Below, piece after piece: positions 1 through 9,769 of a DNA stretch of 64,000 nucleotides (its first letter is position 1; the number at the start of each line of letters is the position of its first letter). The DNA lies in the NCBI GenBank assembly GCA_965242615.1, contig CBDESR010000004.1, positions 722,124 through 786,123 on the forward strand. The letters run 5' to 3'. The DNA comes from Dehalococcoidia bacterium. Lineage in GTDB: Bacteria > Chloroflexota > Dehalococcoidia > Lucifugimonadales > UBA3495. A program made the position numbers and the translations under genes. The notes beneath the pieces are model-generated. The model ran no database searches. It saw only the letters and a program-made list of their open reading frames with translations, and had not been told where the DNA came from.

Positions 1-223
1 CGGCCGGGTCAACTGGCTGGCATCAATGGCGCAGGATGTGCATAAGGGACGCCATTCGGAAATCGACTTTATGAACGGCTTGATTTGCCGCAAGGGGCGG
101 GAAACCGGCATTCCTACCCCCTACCACGACGCTATCGTTGACGCGATGCACGGCATCGACGACGGCTCCATCAAACCCGACCCGTCCACCGTGGCGCGGA
201 TAATGGACTCGGTAGAGCGGTAG
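1..223 (+). CDS. Ketopantoate reductase (ApbA/PanE) family, C-terminal part (5' end outside window)
   Basis: SMAQDVHKGRHSEIDFMNG matches the SMxQD...GRxxEID..NG ApbA_C motif. Confidence 0.75.
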   Translation, partial: GRVNWLASMAQDVHKGRHSEIDFMNGLICRKGRETGIPTPYHDAIVDAMHGIDDGSIKPDPSTVARIMDSVER

Positions 224-433
224 GCTGACCGGAACCGACCGCCCGCAGTAGATTGCCCTCCGGCAACAAGTTCAGATGCAGTGGGAAAGGTTGACCGCAA
301 AGGAATCTACGGCCGAAATCCGTTGCCGGCGGGCGGCCGGGCTTGACCCTTTCCCGCCTACCCGATAGATTATATAATCGCAAAGGGACGGAAACGGGAC
401 GCCTTGCCAATCCAAGGGGCGGGATTTGCGCTT

Positions 434-1093
434 ATGCCGGGCAACTTTCCAGCGCAGGAGCCGGAGCGGGACGATGTACCCAGCGTCGTCGTTGACCGCT
501 TGCCGCAGTATGTCCGCATCCTCAGCCAACTGCTGGATGAGGGCGTACAAGTTGCCAACTCCCAGCAATTGGGCGACAAACTGCAAATCACCCCGGCCCA
601 AATCCGCAAAGACCTCAGCTATTTCGGACGCTTCGGCAAACAGGGCCGGGGCTACCAAGTGGCGCGGCTGCTCGAGGAATTGAAACAGATTCTAGGGCTG
701 ACCTACCGCTGGAATGTGGCCGTGGTCGGCGTGGGCCGCCTCGGCCGGGCTATCCTTAACTACCCCGGCTTTACCCCCGACGGCTTTCAGATCGTGGCCG
801 CCCTCGACGCCAACCCGGACACCATCGGCCAGACCGTCGGCGGCCTGACCGTAGCCGCGGTGGACGACCTGGCCGCCGTAGTGCGTCAGCAGCAAATCAG
901 CATTGCCATCGTCGCCGTTCCCATCGCCCACACCCAAGCCGTCATCGACCGGGTAGTGGCTTGCGGCGTCCGGGCTATCCTTAACTACGCCCCGATTGCG
1001 CCCCAAGTGCCGCCGGGCGTCAATATCCGCAACATTGACCCGGTGCTGTCGCTGCAATCAATGACCTATTACCTGACTAACGCCGGCAGTTGA
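434..1093 (+). CDS. rex: Redox-sensing transcriptional repressor Rex
   Basis: RLPQY, QIRKDLSYFGRFGKQGRGY wing motif, VGVGRLG Rossmann motif, ILNYAP; start ATG434 or TTG404. Confidence 0.95.
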   Translation: MPGNFPAQEPERDDVPSVVVDRLPQYVRILSQLLDEGVQVANSQQLGDKLQITPAQIRKDLSYFGRFGKQGRGYQVARLLEELKQILGLTYRWNVAVVGVGRLGRAILNYPGFTPDGFQIVAALDANPDTIGQTVGGLTVAAVDDLAAVVRQQQISIAIVAVPIAHTQAVIDRVVACGVRAILNYAPIAPQVPPGVNIRNIDPVLSLQSMTYYLTNAGS

Positions 1094-1096
1094 TCA

Positions 1097-1126
1097 CCGC
1101 CCTTCCCGTTAAAAGGGGAAGGGCGG
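1097..1126. terminator. Hairpin between convergent genes, probable bidirectional terminator
   Basis: CCGCCCTTCCC-loop-GGGAAGGGCGG between the rex stop and the peptidase stop. Confidence 0.6.
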
Positions 1127-1136
1127 CTTCCGACTG

Positions 1137-3236
1137 CTATTCTGCCGCCGTAACCGTCAAGGTATAAGCCGCCCGCTGCCGCGTTGCCGGGGCTACCGGC
1201 GTTACCGCTGCCATCATCCGTTTCATTCCGGGATACGGCGCCACTACCGCCGCTCCGGTTAGACTGCCCGCCCCGTTCGCAGTCAGTTCCAAGCGCGTTA
1301 CCCGATTCTCCGCCCCACGCTGTAGTATCTGTACCATATACTGTTGCGGCACCCGGTTGTTGATGCGGATAAACCCGTCGGCTTGCCAGCCGTTAGATGC
1401 ACCGGTGTCAACCCCGGCGACGGTAATGGCCAGATCCCGCAGGCACAATCCGATGTCATTCAGCGCATCGTCGGTAACATACTGAAAACGCAGCCGTATT
1501 TCCTGCCCCCCGTAGCCGCTCAAATCCACCGTCTCATCAATCCAGCCCCCGCTGGCTCCGGTATAGCCCGGCCCAAAGCCGGCGTCAATGGGGTTTTCGT
1601 CCGAAGTATGCGGCGTTTCCAGAATATCCCAATGCCGCCCCCCGTCGGTGGACACCTGCAAATAAACGTAGTCCCAATCCTCCTCGATGCTGTGCCACAC
1701 TTGATAAGTCAAGGCCGCCGTATCTACTTCCCGCAAATCCACCGTCCGGGTCAGCGTGGAAGTAATGGAATCCCCCGCATTGCTCCACCAGCAGCCGCTA
1801 TCCCCCACCTCGGTCGGCAGCAAAACATTTTCCGCCGCCCCGGTAAATTGGAACCGCAGCGGCTGCTCCGCCAGTTCCGGCCCAATCTCGATATAGTCCG
1901 TGCCGTATTGCGCCGCCGCCCGGTTCAGTTCGGCAAACTCGTTAATCCTCTGCCGCGGCCGCACCGTCACCGCCAAGTCCCCATAGCCGTAAATCCCGCC
2001 CTCTTTAGCGTCCAGAAAGTTGGCGGCAATCCAATCCCGAAATACATCATAAAAGCCGACGCTATAGCCCGCCTTTTCCAAATAAGCGTCAATTCCGGCA
2101 ATATCATCCGCCGGTTCCGCTACCAGCGGGCGCAGGGTGTTGAGACCGGTTCCTTCGATTCCTTCGCCGGCAACGCCGTAATGCTCCGCCAGGTAGTGCA
2201 TAAACAGCGCAGCCGCCCCATAGTGCGCCCCAATGTAGTCATCCCCCAAGGGCCAATGCACCAGGGAAATGTGGGAATGCCGCATAAACCATTCCATACT
2301 GCCATCCTGATACCCGGCCGCCCGCACCGCCAGTTCCGCCAACCCTTCGTTGACCCAGGTAGCCTCCGAAGGGTCATAATTCCAGTGGATGGCGTGCTGC
2401 AATTCGTGAGCCAGCACGCTGCGATGGGCGGCCGAACCCACCCGCAGGACAGCGCCGTTAATATAAATCATCTCCCGTTCATTGCTGCGCGGATGCACCG
2501 CGGCGGGATATTCGTCCCCGGAACTGTAGTAGCCGGCCGCCCCCTGGATCGCTCCGTGCAGGATAGTCAAATGGACATCGTTGTCCACGCCCGGCCGCCA
2601 TTCCGTTCCGAAAGCCGCGCTGACTTGGGGATAAATCCGCTCCTCGAAGGCCGCCGCCGCCCGCTCCAAATCATTCTGATTAACCCGCAGCCCCTCCTCC
2701 ACATACCAATAGGCATTAGGCGTAACCAACCGCAGCTCAAATGTGGACTGATACACCGCCAAATCCCGCAGGTTCACCATCCAGAAATCATCCTTGCGCC
2801 CGGCGGTGTAGCTGACCGGTTCCGGGTTCACCACCCGCGCCACCTCCGGCGCGCCGGGCGGCAGCAGCAGCTCCTGCGCCAATTGATACAAGTTCCGCTC
2901 CGGAGCCGGGGCAAAGGCCGCTACCACCGGGGCCGGCGGCTGCGGAATGGGCGTAGCTGTAGGCTGCGGCAAGGTAGGCGCAACGGGAACGGGCGTATCC
3001 GTAGGCATCGGCAACGGTGTCGGCACCGCTTTAACGCCCGGCCGCGGCGGCAACTTTTCTGCGGAAAGAGATGGCGGCGCAATAGTAGCGACTGCGGCCG
3101 GCGGCGTACTGACCGCCGCCGCCCGGCTAGCGGCCGGCGCCGCTTGCGGCGCGCAACCCGCCGCCAACCCGCCGCCAAGGGCGGCCAGCAACATCATCAT
3201 CAAAAACTGGAAAACGGCCCGGCGTCCGCTAATCAT
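1137..3236 (-). CDS. Lipoprotein metallopeptidase (immune inhibitor A / M6-like C-terminal domain)
   Basis: Lipobox LAAGC, Pro-rich linker, AHELQH zinc motif, WVNEGLAE, 'IEEDWDYVY...LRFQYVTDDA' InhA-type domain. Confidence 0.75.
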   Translation of the reverse strand: MISGRRAVFQFLMMMLLAALGGGLAAGCAPQAAPAASRAAAVSTPPAAVATIAPPSLSAEKLPPRPGVKAVPTPLPMPTDTPVPVAPTLPQPTATPIPQPPAPVVAAFAPAPERNLYQLAQELLLPPGAPEVARVVNPEPVSYTAGRKDDFWMVNLRDLAVYQSTFELRLVTPNAYWYVEEGLRVNQNDLERAAAAFEERIYPQVSAAFGTEWRPGVDNDVHLTILHGAIQGAAGYYSSGDEYPAAVHPRSNEREMIYINGAVLRVGSAAHRSVLAHELQHAIHWNYDPSEATWVNEGLAELAVRAAGYQDGSMEWFMRHSHISLVHWPLGDDYIGAHYGAAALFMHYLAEHYGVAGEGIEGTGLNTLRPLVAEPADDIAGIDAYLEKAGYSVGFYDVFRDWIAANFLDAKEGGIYGYGDLAVTVRPRQRINEFAELNRAAAQYGTDYIEIGPELAEQPLRFQFTGAAENVLLPTEVGDSGCWWSNAGDSITSTLTRTVDLREVDTAALTYQVWHSIEEDWDYVYLQVSTDGGRHWDILETPHTSDENPIDAGFGPGYTGASGGWIDETVDLSGYGGQEIRLRFQYVTDDALNDIGLCLRDLAITVAGVDTGASNGWQADGFIRINNRVPQQYMVQILQRGAENRVTRLELTANGAGSLTGAAVVAPYPGMKRMMAAVTPVAPATRQRAAYTLTVTAAE

Positions 3237-3296
3237 AAGCCGATTATAACGGAAATAGCGGCCGGGTGTAAGTCAAGCGGCGCTCCGCCATATCCC

Positions 3297-5738
3297 CTAC
3301 CACACTATCAGGTTCCAGCAGTTGCCGGCGGCGCAGGTCAGGCGGCGGGTTTTGCCCTTTAAGACAACTTCGGCGGTTTCGGACACCAACAGCCAGTAGC
3401 TTTCCCCGGCGATGAAGTTTTCCAGGGTATTGGCATCCCCGGCTGCCGGGTCGTAGAAAGTCCAGGTCTTGGTGTCGTTGTTGAAGTGGAAGGCGCGGAG
3501 GAAACGGCCGCCCAGGTTGGTCAAGGCGGCATCGGCCGGAGTTACGGCACCGGCCGTTATGCCGGCGGCGGTAACGGTAAAGCTCTGGCTGACGGTGATG
3601 TCGTTGATTTGCAGCTCGACATTCTGCTGACCTAAGCCTAGACCCGGGATGAGGATTTGCAGGTCAACCCGGCCGGCGGCATCCGTTGCCGGCCGGGGCG
3701 CCGGCGTAACCTCGATATTGCCCACCGTTACCGACTGCACCGGCATAAAGCCTCGAAAGCCCTGAGCTGATGCCGTTACCATCGTCCCCGGCGGCCCGGC
3801 AGGGGGCGACAGGGTCAGAGCCGCGCCCGGCACATCATGGGCGGCCACGGTGGCGACCAATGCGCCCTCATCATCCCGGAACTCGACCCGCACTTGATTG
3901 GTGGAAGGGGCGGCCGCGTTGCGGGGAACGCGCAGCTCCGCCTTAAAGTAGCCGTCAGTGTTGGTTTGAGCGGTAGTCCGGGTCTGGCTGCTGCCGGCGT
4001 CATAAATAACCCGCAGCTGAACCCCGGAACCCTGGTCATTCCGGCTGGGGAAGTGGCGGCCCGCTACCGTTACCAAGCTGCCCGCCCATCCCCAGAGGGG
4101 GGTAATCGTCAACTCCCGTGGGGCAACGGTCACGGTCACCGTTCCGGCGCGGCCGCGGCTGTCCCGCACCTCTATTGCCAACTCGCCGGGCGTAGTGGTC
4201 GCCGGGTTCACCGGCAGGTCAAGGGATGCCGACCAGTTGCCGCCGCTGTCCACTGCTATGGCACTATCGCTACCCTGGTTACTGCCGTGAATGCGCTGGG
4301 CGTCAATGGCGCGGCCGCCGATAGTGATGGCCGCAATAGTTACCGGTTCCCCGTTGGCGGCGATAGAAAAGTCGTTGCCAACCAGGTGGATGCGCTGATT
4401 GGGCAGCACGGCCCGGGGCGTAGCCCGTACGATTGGCCCGCCGACAATAATCGTGGCGCGAGCGGCGTAAATCTCGCCATTATCCTGCCGGGTTACGGCT
4501 ACCCGCAAATCCTGGCGGCCCTCCCGCAGACCCGGCGGGGTGGCTACGCTGAAAGTCAGGACGCCGCCCTCCCCGACCCTTTCGTCGGGAAAATCCACCG
4601 GCTGGCCGGCAATTTCCACCGCCGCCAGACTTCCCGGCGGGTAGTCAGCCAAATGAATCAGGATGCGCTGGCCGGAGCTGAACTCAGCGCGCACCAGTCC
4701 GTCCAATTCCAGAACCTGCGCCGCGGCGGCCTCGGCGGCGCTGTCGCCCTCCAGAACTATCGTTGAACTTTGCCCCCGGCCGTCGACGGCGTTGACCAAG
4801 TTGCAGTTGACCCCGGCGCCGGGGCTACCGTCGCTAATGGCGCAATCGCCCGGGCCGGGGACAAAGGGCGGGCTGACGACGGTAAAGGTGCAAGTGCCGA
4901 TGTCGTCGCCGCCGACCTGGGTAACGCAGAGGGCATTTTCGCCGCCGTCCCGTACGCCGTTAAAGTTGCCGTCCCGCCAGAAAGTCAGGGTAGTATCGTT
5001 CTTGAACCCCCGGCCAATGGCGACTATTTCCGCACCCCGGCCGGCGGTATCGCTGCTTAATATGACCTGTAAGTCCACCAGCAGGCCGGTGACCAGGTCG
5101 TCCGTTGTCTCCGGCTCCGTCGTTTCCCCAAAAGCCTGCCGTACCAATTCATCGGGATGGGCGGCGGCTACCGGGTCGGCATCCCGGCCGTTCTGCACCG
5201 TCCAGGAGAAGCGGCCGCCCTCGGCCGGGTTGGACAAGCCAGCCCGGACGCTGAAAGTTACGGTGACCCGGGCCCCGGCGGCGATTTTCTGCGTCCCGTC
5301 GGCGGGACTCATATCCCCGGGAAAAACCGATATAACCGTCGGTTTTCTGGGGTTATCCTGTCCGTCCAGAACCACGGCTTGGGCCGGGCCGGAACCGGAG
5401 CCGAGGGCGGTATCGTCCACCGCGGCCACTTGGCTAGCCGCAATTCGTATTTCTTGGGGGTTAAGTTGGCCGACCCGGGGGACGCCGATGTCCTCGTGGA
5501 GGGTAAAGATGATGGGGTCGGCTTGGTCGGGCAGCAGCTCCCGGTCGGTAGTAAAGGCGACCACATAGCTGCTGGCCGCCGCCGGTTGGCGGTTTTCCGC
5601 TTTAACCGTAGCCGCCGGCGTCGGTGGCGGCTCCGCCTCCTGAGCCGTCAGCGTCCCGGCAGCCGCGCCGCCGGCCAGCAAAGCCAGCAGGAAAGCCAAG
5701 CCAACTATTATCCGATAACGGGAAAACCCCTGTGCCAT
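3297..5738 (-). CDS. Large secreted Ig-like/IPT-repeat surface protein with C-terminal 'NCWNLIVW' domain
   Basis: Signal peptide from MAQGFSRYR (ATG 5738, preceded by TATAAT); beta-rich repeats; C-terminal domain shared with 15081..15488. Confidence 0.7.
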   Translation of the reverse strand: MAQGFSRYRIIVGLAFLLALLAGGAAAGTLTAQEAEPPPTPAATVKAENRQPAAASSYVVAFTTDRELLPDQADPIIFTLHEDIGVPRVGQLNPQEIRIAASQVAAVDDTALGSGSGPAQAVVLDGQDNPRKPTVISVFPGDMSPADGTQKIAAGARVTVTFSVRAGLSNPAEGGRFSWTVQNGRDADPVAAAHPDELVRQAFGETTEPETTDDLVTGLLVDLQVILSSDTAGRGAEIVAIGRGFKNDTTLTFWRDGNFNGVRDGGENALCVTQVGGDDIGTCTFTVVSPPFVPGPGDCAISDGSPGAGVNCNLVNAVDGRGQSSTIVLEGDSAAEAAAAQVLELDGLVRAEFSSGQRILIHLADYPPGSLAAVEIAGQPVDFPDERVGEGGVLTFSVATPPGLREGRQDLRVAVTRQDNGEIYAARATIIVGGPIVRATPRAVLPNQRIHLVGNDFSIAANGEPVTIAAITIGGRAIDAQRIHGSNQGSDSAIAVDSGGNWSASLDLPVNPATTTPGELAIEVRDSRGRAGTVTVTVAPRELTITPLWGWAGSLVTVAGRHFPSRNDQGSGVQLRVIYDAGSSQTRTTAQTNTDGYFKAELRVPRNAAAPSTNQVRVEFRDDEGALVATVAAHDVPGAALTLSPPAGPPGTMVTASAQGFRGFMPVQSVTVGNIEVTPAPRPATDAAGRVDLQILIPGLGLGQQNVELQINDITVSQSFTVTAAGITAGAVTPADAALTNLGGRFLRAFHFNNDTKTWTFYDPAAGDANTLENFIAGESYWLLVSETAEVVLKGKTRRLTCAAGNCWNLIVW

Positions 5739-5892
5739 ATCCCCGATTATACACGACAGCCCGGCCTCTGCGGTATGGAATTGAGCGGGGATTTCCGGGG
5801 GAATGATTTGCTGATGGCAGGATAGTCGCCCCCCTTTGTAACAAGCTTCCCGCGCGCGGGCTTGCAGCGGATTAAATGAGCCGGTATCCCGG

Positions 5893-5921
5893 TTGACATT
5901 ATTCCCTTGGCTATCTAGACT
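5893..5921 (+). promoter_or_regulatory. Sigma70-type promoter upstream of the MFS gene
   Basis: TTGACA-17 nt-TAGACT. Confidence 0.6.
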
Positions 5922-5949
5922 AGGCTGATGGGGCAAGGGTATCCGGGCA

Positions 5950-7497
5950 TTGCCGGGGGTGGCTGATTTGGGCGTTGCAGGACTGGTTCTTTCTCGGCTG
6001 AATATCGTAGCCGGCTTTCGAGAGTTGGGCGGCACCAAGCGGCGGACGGAGACGCTGCTGGCCTTGGCGGCGTCCCAACTGCTGGTGCAGCTGACTTTTC
6101 TGCCGGTTACTTTGACGATTCCGTCGGTGGCCGACTATTTTGGCGTGGATGTGGATGACGCGGCGTGGACGGTGGTCATCCGCCTGTTGCTGTTGGGCAG
6201 CACGGTGTTTTTGACTTCCCGGCTGGGGGAAAAGTTCGGCCATGTGCGGATGTTCTTTATCGGCATCTGCGTACTGACCGGGGCCAATTTGCTGGCGACC
6301 ACGGCGCAAAGCCTGTATCAGCTGATTTTGTGGTGCGGGCTGGGCGGGTTCGGCGGCGCGCTGGTGATTTCCAACTCCAACGCCATTATCGCGATGGTGT
6401 TCGAGCCGGCGGAACGGGGGCGGGCTTTTTCGGTGCCGGTGACGGCGTCGCGGTTCGGGACGATGCTGGGTCTGCTGCTGTTCGGGCTGTTTCTGGAGTT
6501 TATCAACTGGCGGCTGGTCTATGTGTCGGCGCTGCTGGTGGGCGTGGCGGCCATCGGCTTTGCCTGGCCGGTGTTGAAGTATCAGCGGGAGCAGGCGGCG
6601 GCCGAGGGGGCCGGAGTACGGATTGACTATCTGGCGGCGGCGGTACTGGTAGCGGTATTGGCGACCTTTATCCTGTCCGGGTCGCATCTGCATGATGGGG
6701 CGGAGTCCTTTACTTCCCCGGAGGCGTTGGGCTATCACCTGCCGATGCACTTGCTGAGTTTGGCGTTGGCCGGGTTGTTTGTGGTGATGCAGTTGCGAAC
6801 GGGGAATCCCTTTCTGGATTTCCGCTACTTCAAGCGCAAGTATTTTTCGATGGCGCTGTTCAGCAACACGACTTGCCATTTGTCGATGCTGACGATATTT
6901 ACCCTGGTGCCGATAGTGGTCGAGGACGGTCTGGGGTACGGGCCGCTGGTGGTGATGCTGGTCTTGATGCCGCATCAGAGTTTCGGGTTGTGGCTGCCGG
7001 CGATAGCCGGGTATGTCTATGACCGGTATAATCCCCGTTGGTTGGGGCCGCTGTCGCTGTTTTTCATCGCGGCCGGGGTAGGAATGTTGGGGTTGTTTGC
7101 GGCGGATGTACCCATCTGGGGGATACCGCTGCTGCTGCTGCCGGCGTCGGTGGGGACGGCGCTGTTCATATCGCCCTATAACGCGGTGGTGATGAATACG
7201 CTGCCGGAAAATCGCAGCTTTGCGTCGGGGATGCTGGAGACGACGCGGCAGATGGGGCATACCGTGGGCAGCACCATCGGGGCGACCATATTGGGATTGA
7301 GCCTGCCGGTGACCATCGAGTTTATGACGGCGGCCGAGGCGCGGGGGTACTATCAGCAGGGATTTCAAGTGGCATCGCTGGCAGTGGTGTGGATAATTGT
7401 ATCCGGGGGTATCGTGGCACTGTTCCAGCGGGTGCCGGCGGTAGTGTGGCGGCGGTCGGAACGGGAGCCGGCGGCGCAGCCGGGGGCGGGTGATTAG
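5950..7497 (+). CDS. MFS transporter (DHA2/EmrB-like, ~14 TM)
   Basis: Many TM helices, SRLGEKFGHVR motif A, ERGRAF, NPFLDFRYFKRK; exact start uncertain. Confidence 0.9.
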   Translation: MPGVADLGVAGLVLSRLNIVAGFRELGGTKRRTETLLALAASQLLVQLTFLPVTLTIPSVADYFGVDVDDAAWTVVIRLLLLGSTVFLTSRLGEKFGHVRMFFIGICVLTGANLLATTAQSLYQLILWCGLGGFGGALVISNSNAIIAMVFEPAERGRAFSVPVTASRFGTMLGLLLFGLFLEFINWRLVYVSALLVGVAAIGFAWPVLKYQREQAAAEGAGVRIDYLAAAVLVAVLATFILSGSHLHDGAESFTSPEALGYHLPMHLLSLALAGLFVVMQLRTGNPFLDFRYFKRKYFSMALFSNTTCHLSMLTIFTLVPIVVEDGLGYGPLVVMLVLMPHQSFGLWLPAIAGYVYDRYNPRWLGPLSLFFIAAGVGMLGLFAADVPIWGIPLLLLPASVGTALFISPYNAVVMNTLPENRSFASGMLETTRQMGHTVGSTIGATILGLSLPVTIEFMTAAEARGYYQQGFQVASLAVVWIIVSGGIVALFQRVPAVVWRRSEREPAAQPGAGD

Positions 7498-7505
7498 GGG
7501 ACGGG

Positions 7506-7976
7506 ATGGCTTTGGCGGCGGGAGAGTACCCGGCGGAGGCGGCGGTGGCGCGGATTTTGACGGCGGAGAAGCAAATCGTCGAGGGTATCAGTTGGCAGCG
7601 CGATTTGCGCCAAGACCCGGATTGGGTCAAGTTCCGGGCAAGGGTGGAGAATGATGGCGGGTGGAATTTGACGCTTTATGGCAATGTAAGGGTAGTATCC
7701 CCTTACAAGAAGTCTTATTCGCTCATTTGGACTTTGGGCGATGTCGGTTATCGCATCTTTGCTATGGATGTCCAGGGCAACCATACCAACATAGCGATTA
7801 ACAAAGAGAAGTGGCGGCGGCGGACGCATAAGCAGATTTGGAAGGATACTTATCCCGAGTTTGCCTACACGCCTGACGAAGTAATCCCGGAGGAGCCTAA
7901 TGCGGCCTTCCTGGAGTTCTGCCGGGAGTGTAATATAGTACTTACCGGTCAACTCGGGGTTTTCCCGCCGACTTAG
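7506..7976 (+). CDS. Hypothetical protein (DUF6978-like, HTN...THK motif)
   Basis: ORF with SD-like lead; ends FLEFCRECNI; directly upstream of a DUF1828/1829-like gene. Confidence 0.55.
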   Translation: MALAAGEYPAEAAVARILTAEKQIVEGISWQRDLRQDPDWVKFRARVENDGGWNLTLYGNVRVVSPYKKSYSLIWTLGDVGYRIFAMDVQGNHTNIAINKEKWRRRTHKQIWKDTYPEFAYTPDEVIPEEPNAAFLEFCRECNIVLTGQLGVFPPT

Positions 7977-7999
7977 TCCGGAGGAAAGCGGAGGGTCAA

Positions 8000-8806
8000 A
8001 TGGGTCTCGACGGCGGCAAAGTGGTCAAGCAGTACCTGGAAAACCTGGCCGGGGAGTTCTCTTGCCACTACTACGGCGACCTGCTGAATATCATTACTCC
8101 CTATCTGTATCACGACGACTCTATGGTAGCCGTGTACTTGGAGGAACTGCCAGGGGGTAAGGTTAAAGTGCACGATGGGGGCGAAGCCGTGATGCACCCG
8201 TTCTCCCACGGCTTTGACCTGTGGGAAAGCTCTTGGGGAATGGAGGCGGCCCGGGATATTGCCCGGGACGAATGGGTGGACTTGGACGGCGGCAAGCTGA
8301 GCAAGACCGGCCCGGCGGAGGAAGTGGGGCAGATGATTCTGGATGTGGTGACGGCGGCGCGGGGGGTGTCGGATTTGATTTACGCGCACCGGGCCTATGC
8401 CCACGCTGCTTATCAGCAGAAGCGGCGGCAGGTGCATAAACTTTCCGCCTTTTCCGAAAAGCTGACTACCTTTCTGGCGGAAAGCGGTTTCGAGTACGCG
8501 CCGCGGCCCAAGCTGACCGGGGAGAGCGGGCAGGTTTATACAGTGCATTACCGGGTTGACCGGGGGGCTTACTTGCAGATTCTGGACCCGGGGCGTTCTG
8601 GGCGGGCCAAGGCGGCGGTGGACCGTACTTTCGGGATGTGGGCAGACGGCGCCGGCGATTTGACGGTCGACCGCAAGCTGACGCTGTTGAATGATGAGAC
8701 GCTGAATTGGAAGGCGGCGCATATTAACCGGTTGAGCCAGGTTTCCACGGTTATCCAGTGGAGCGAGCGGGATAGGCTGCCGGCTTTGCTGGCCGCGCTT
8801 TCCTGA
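8000..8806 (+). CDS. DUF1828/DUF1829-like protein
   Basis: IITPYLYHDDSMVAVY...VHDGGE N-terminal domain; KLTGESGQVYTVHY and INRLSQVSTVIQWSER C-terminal domain. Confidence 0.65.
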   Translation: MGLDGGKVVKQYLENLAGEFSCHYYGDLLNIITPYLYHDDSMVAVYLEELPGGKVKVHDGGEAVMHPFSHGFDLWESSWGMEAARDIARDEWVDLDGGKLSKTGPAEEVGQMILDVVTAARGVSDLIYAHRAYAHAAYQQKRRQVHKLSAFSEKLTTFLAESGFEYAPRPKLTGESGQVYTVHYRVDRGAYLQILDPGRSGRAKAAVDRTFGMWADGAGDLTVDRKLTLLNDETLNWKAAHINRLSQVSTVIQWSERDRLPALLAALS

Positions 8807-8830
8807 AATCCGTATCGGCGCAGGCGAACT

Positions 8831-9634
8831 ATGTCCTCGAACCAAGTTGATTTTACCCGCAAGGATGGGCTGGCGGTGATTACTCTGAACCGCCCGGCGG
8901 CGCGCAACGCCCTGTCCCCGGAGATGGTAGCCGACTTGGGGCGGGCGATTGCCGACTGCCGGCGGCCGGAAATTCGGGCGGCGCTGCTGACCGGGACGGA
9001 AGGGGCTTTTTGCGCCGGGGCGGATGTCAAGGATTTTGCGGAGCAGCTGGAGCAGGGCGGGCCGGAGGGTTTGTCGCAGCACCTGAACCGCCTGGCTGAT
9101 GCGCTGCACCGGGAGGTTATTATGGGCATCCGCCGGTTGGATAAACCGGTAGTGGCGGCGATAAACGGCGTGGCCGCCGGTGCCGGGTTCAGCCTGGCGT
9201 TGGCTTGCGATTTGCGGCTGGCGGCGGCTAATGCCCGGTTTATCCTAGCGTATGCCGGCATTGGCTGTACCGCCGATGGGGGTTCGACTTATATGCTGCC
9301 GCGGTTGGTGGGAATGGGCAAGGCGATGGAGATTTATCTGGCCAGTCAGCCGATTGGGGCGGAGTATGCCCGGGAGTTGGGGCTGGTCAATCAGGTTTGC
9401 CCGGCGGAGGGCTTTGACCGCCACGCTTTGGAGACGGCGGATCGGCTGGCGCAGGGGCCGACGCGGGCTTACGGGCGGGTTAAGGCGTTGTTTAATCAGT
9501 CGTGGGACGCCGACTTGGCGACGCAGCTGGCGGCGGAACGAGATGCTATCGCGGATATTGCCTACAGCGGGGATTTTCAGGAAGGAATAAGGGCGTTCAG
9601 CGGGAAGCGGCCGGCGTGGTTTCAGGGGAGGTAG
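8831..9634 (+). CDS. Enoyl-CoA hydratase/isomerase family protein
   Basis: ITLNRPAARNAL, AFCAGAD, KPVVAAINGVAAGAG, DFQEGIRAF. Confidence 0.95.
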   Translation: MSSNQVDFTRKDGLAVITLNRPAARNALSPEMVADLGRAIADCRRPEIRAALLTGTEGAFCAGADVKDFAEQLEQGGPEGLSQHLNRLADALHREVIMGIRRLDKPVVAAINGVAAGAGFSLALACDLRLAAANARFILAYAGIGCTADGGSTYMLPRLVGMGKAMEIYLASQPIGAEYARELGLVNQVCPAEGFDRHALETADRLAQGPTRAYGRVKALFNQSWDADLATQLAAERDAIADIAYSGDFQEGIRAFSGKRPAWFQGR

Positions 9635-9769
9635 GGGCTTTTGACCGGGCAGCTTTTGGGGAATATATTATCATCCACTATCCATAAAGCAAACGGAACT
9701 CTTAACAGACCTCAGCAAAAAGGTTATAATGACCCCCAAGCAAACCCCAAAGGAGTCAATCCCCCAGCC

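Noticed and set aside
224-433. Rex operator upstream of rex
   Set aside because: No TTGTGAA-N4-TTCACAA-like palindrome is visible; only a possible TTGACC-17-TAGATT promoter.
1344-3362. Long antisense ORFs (also 5920..7368, 25822..27234, 39549..41018, 45171..46754)
   Set aside because: Shadow ORFs opposite well-supported genes in high-GC DNA, with no recognisable motifs.
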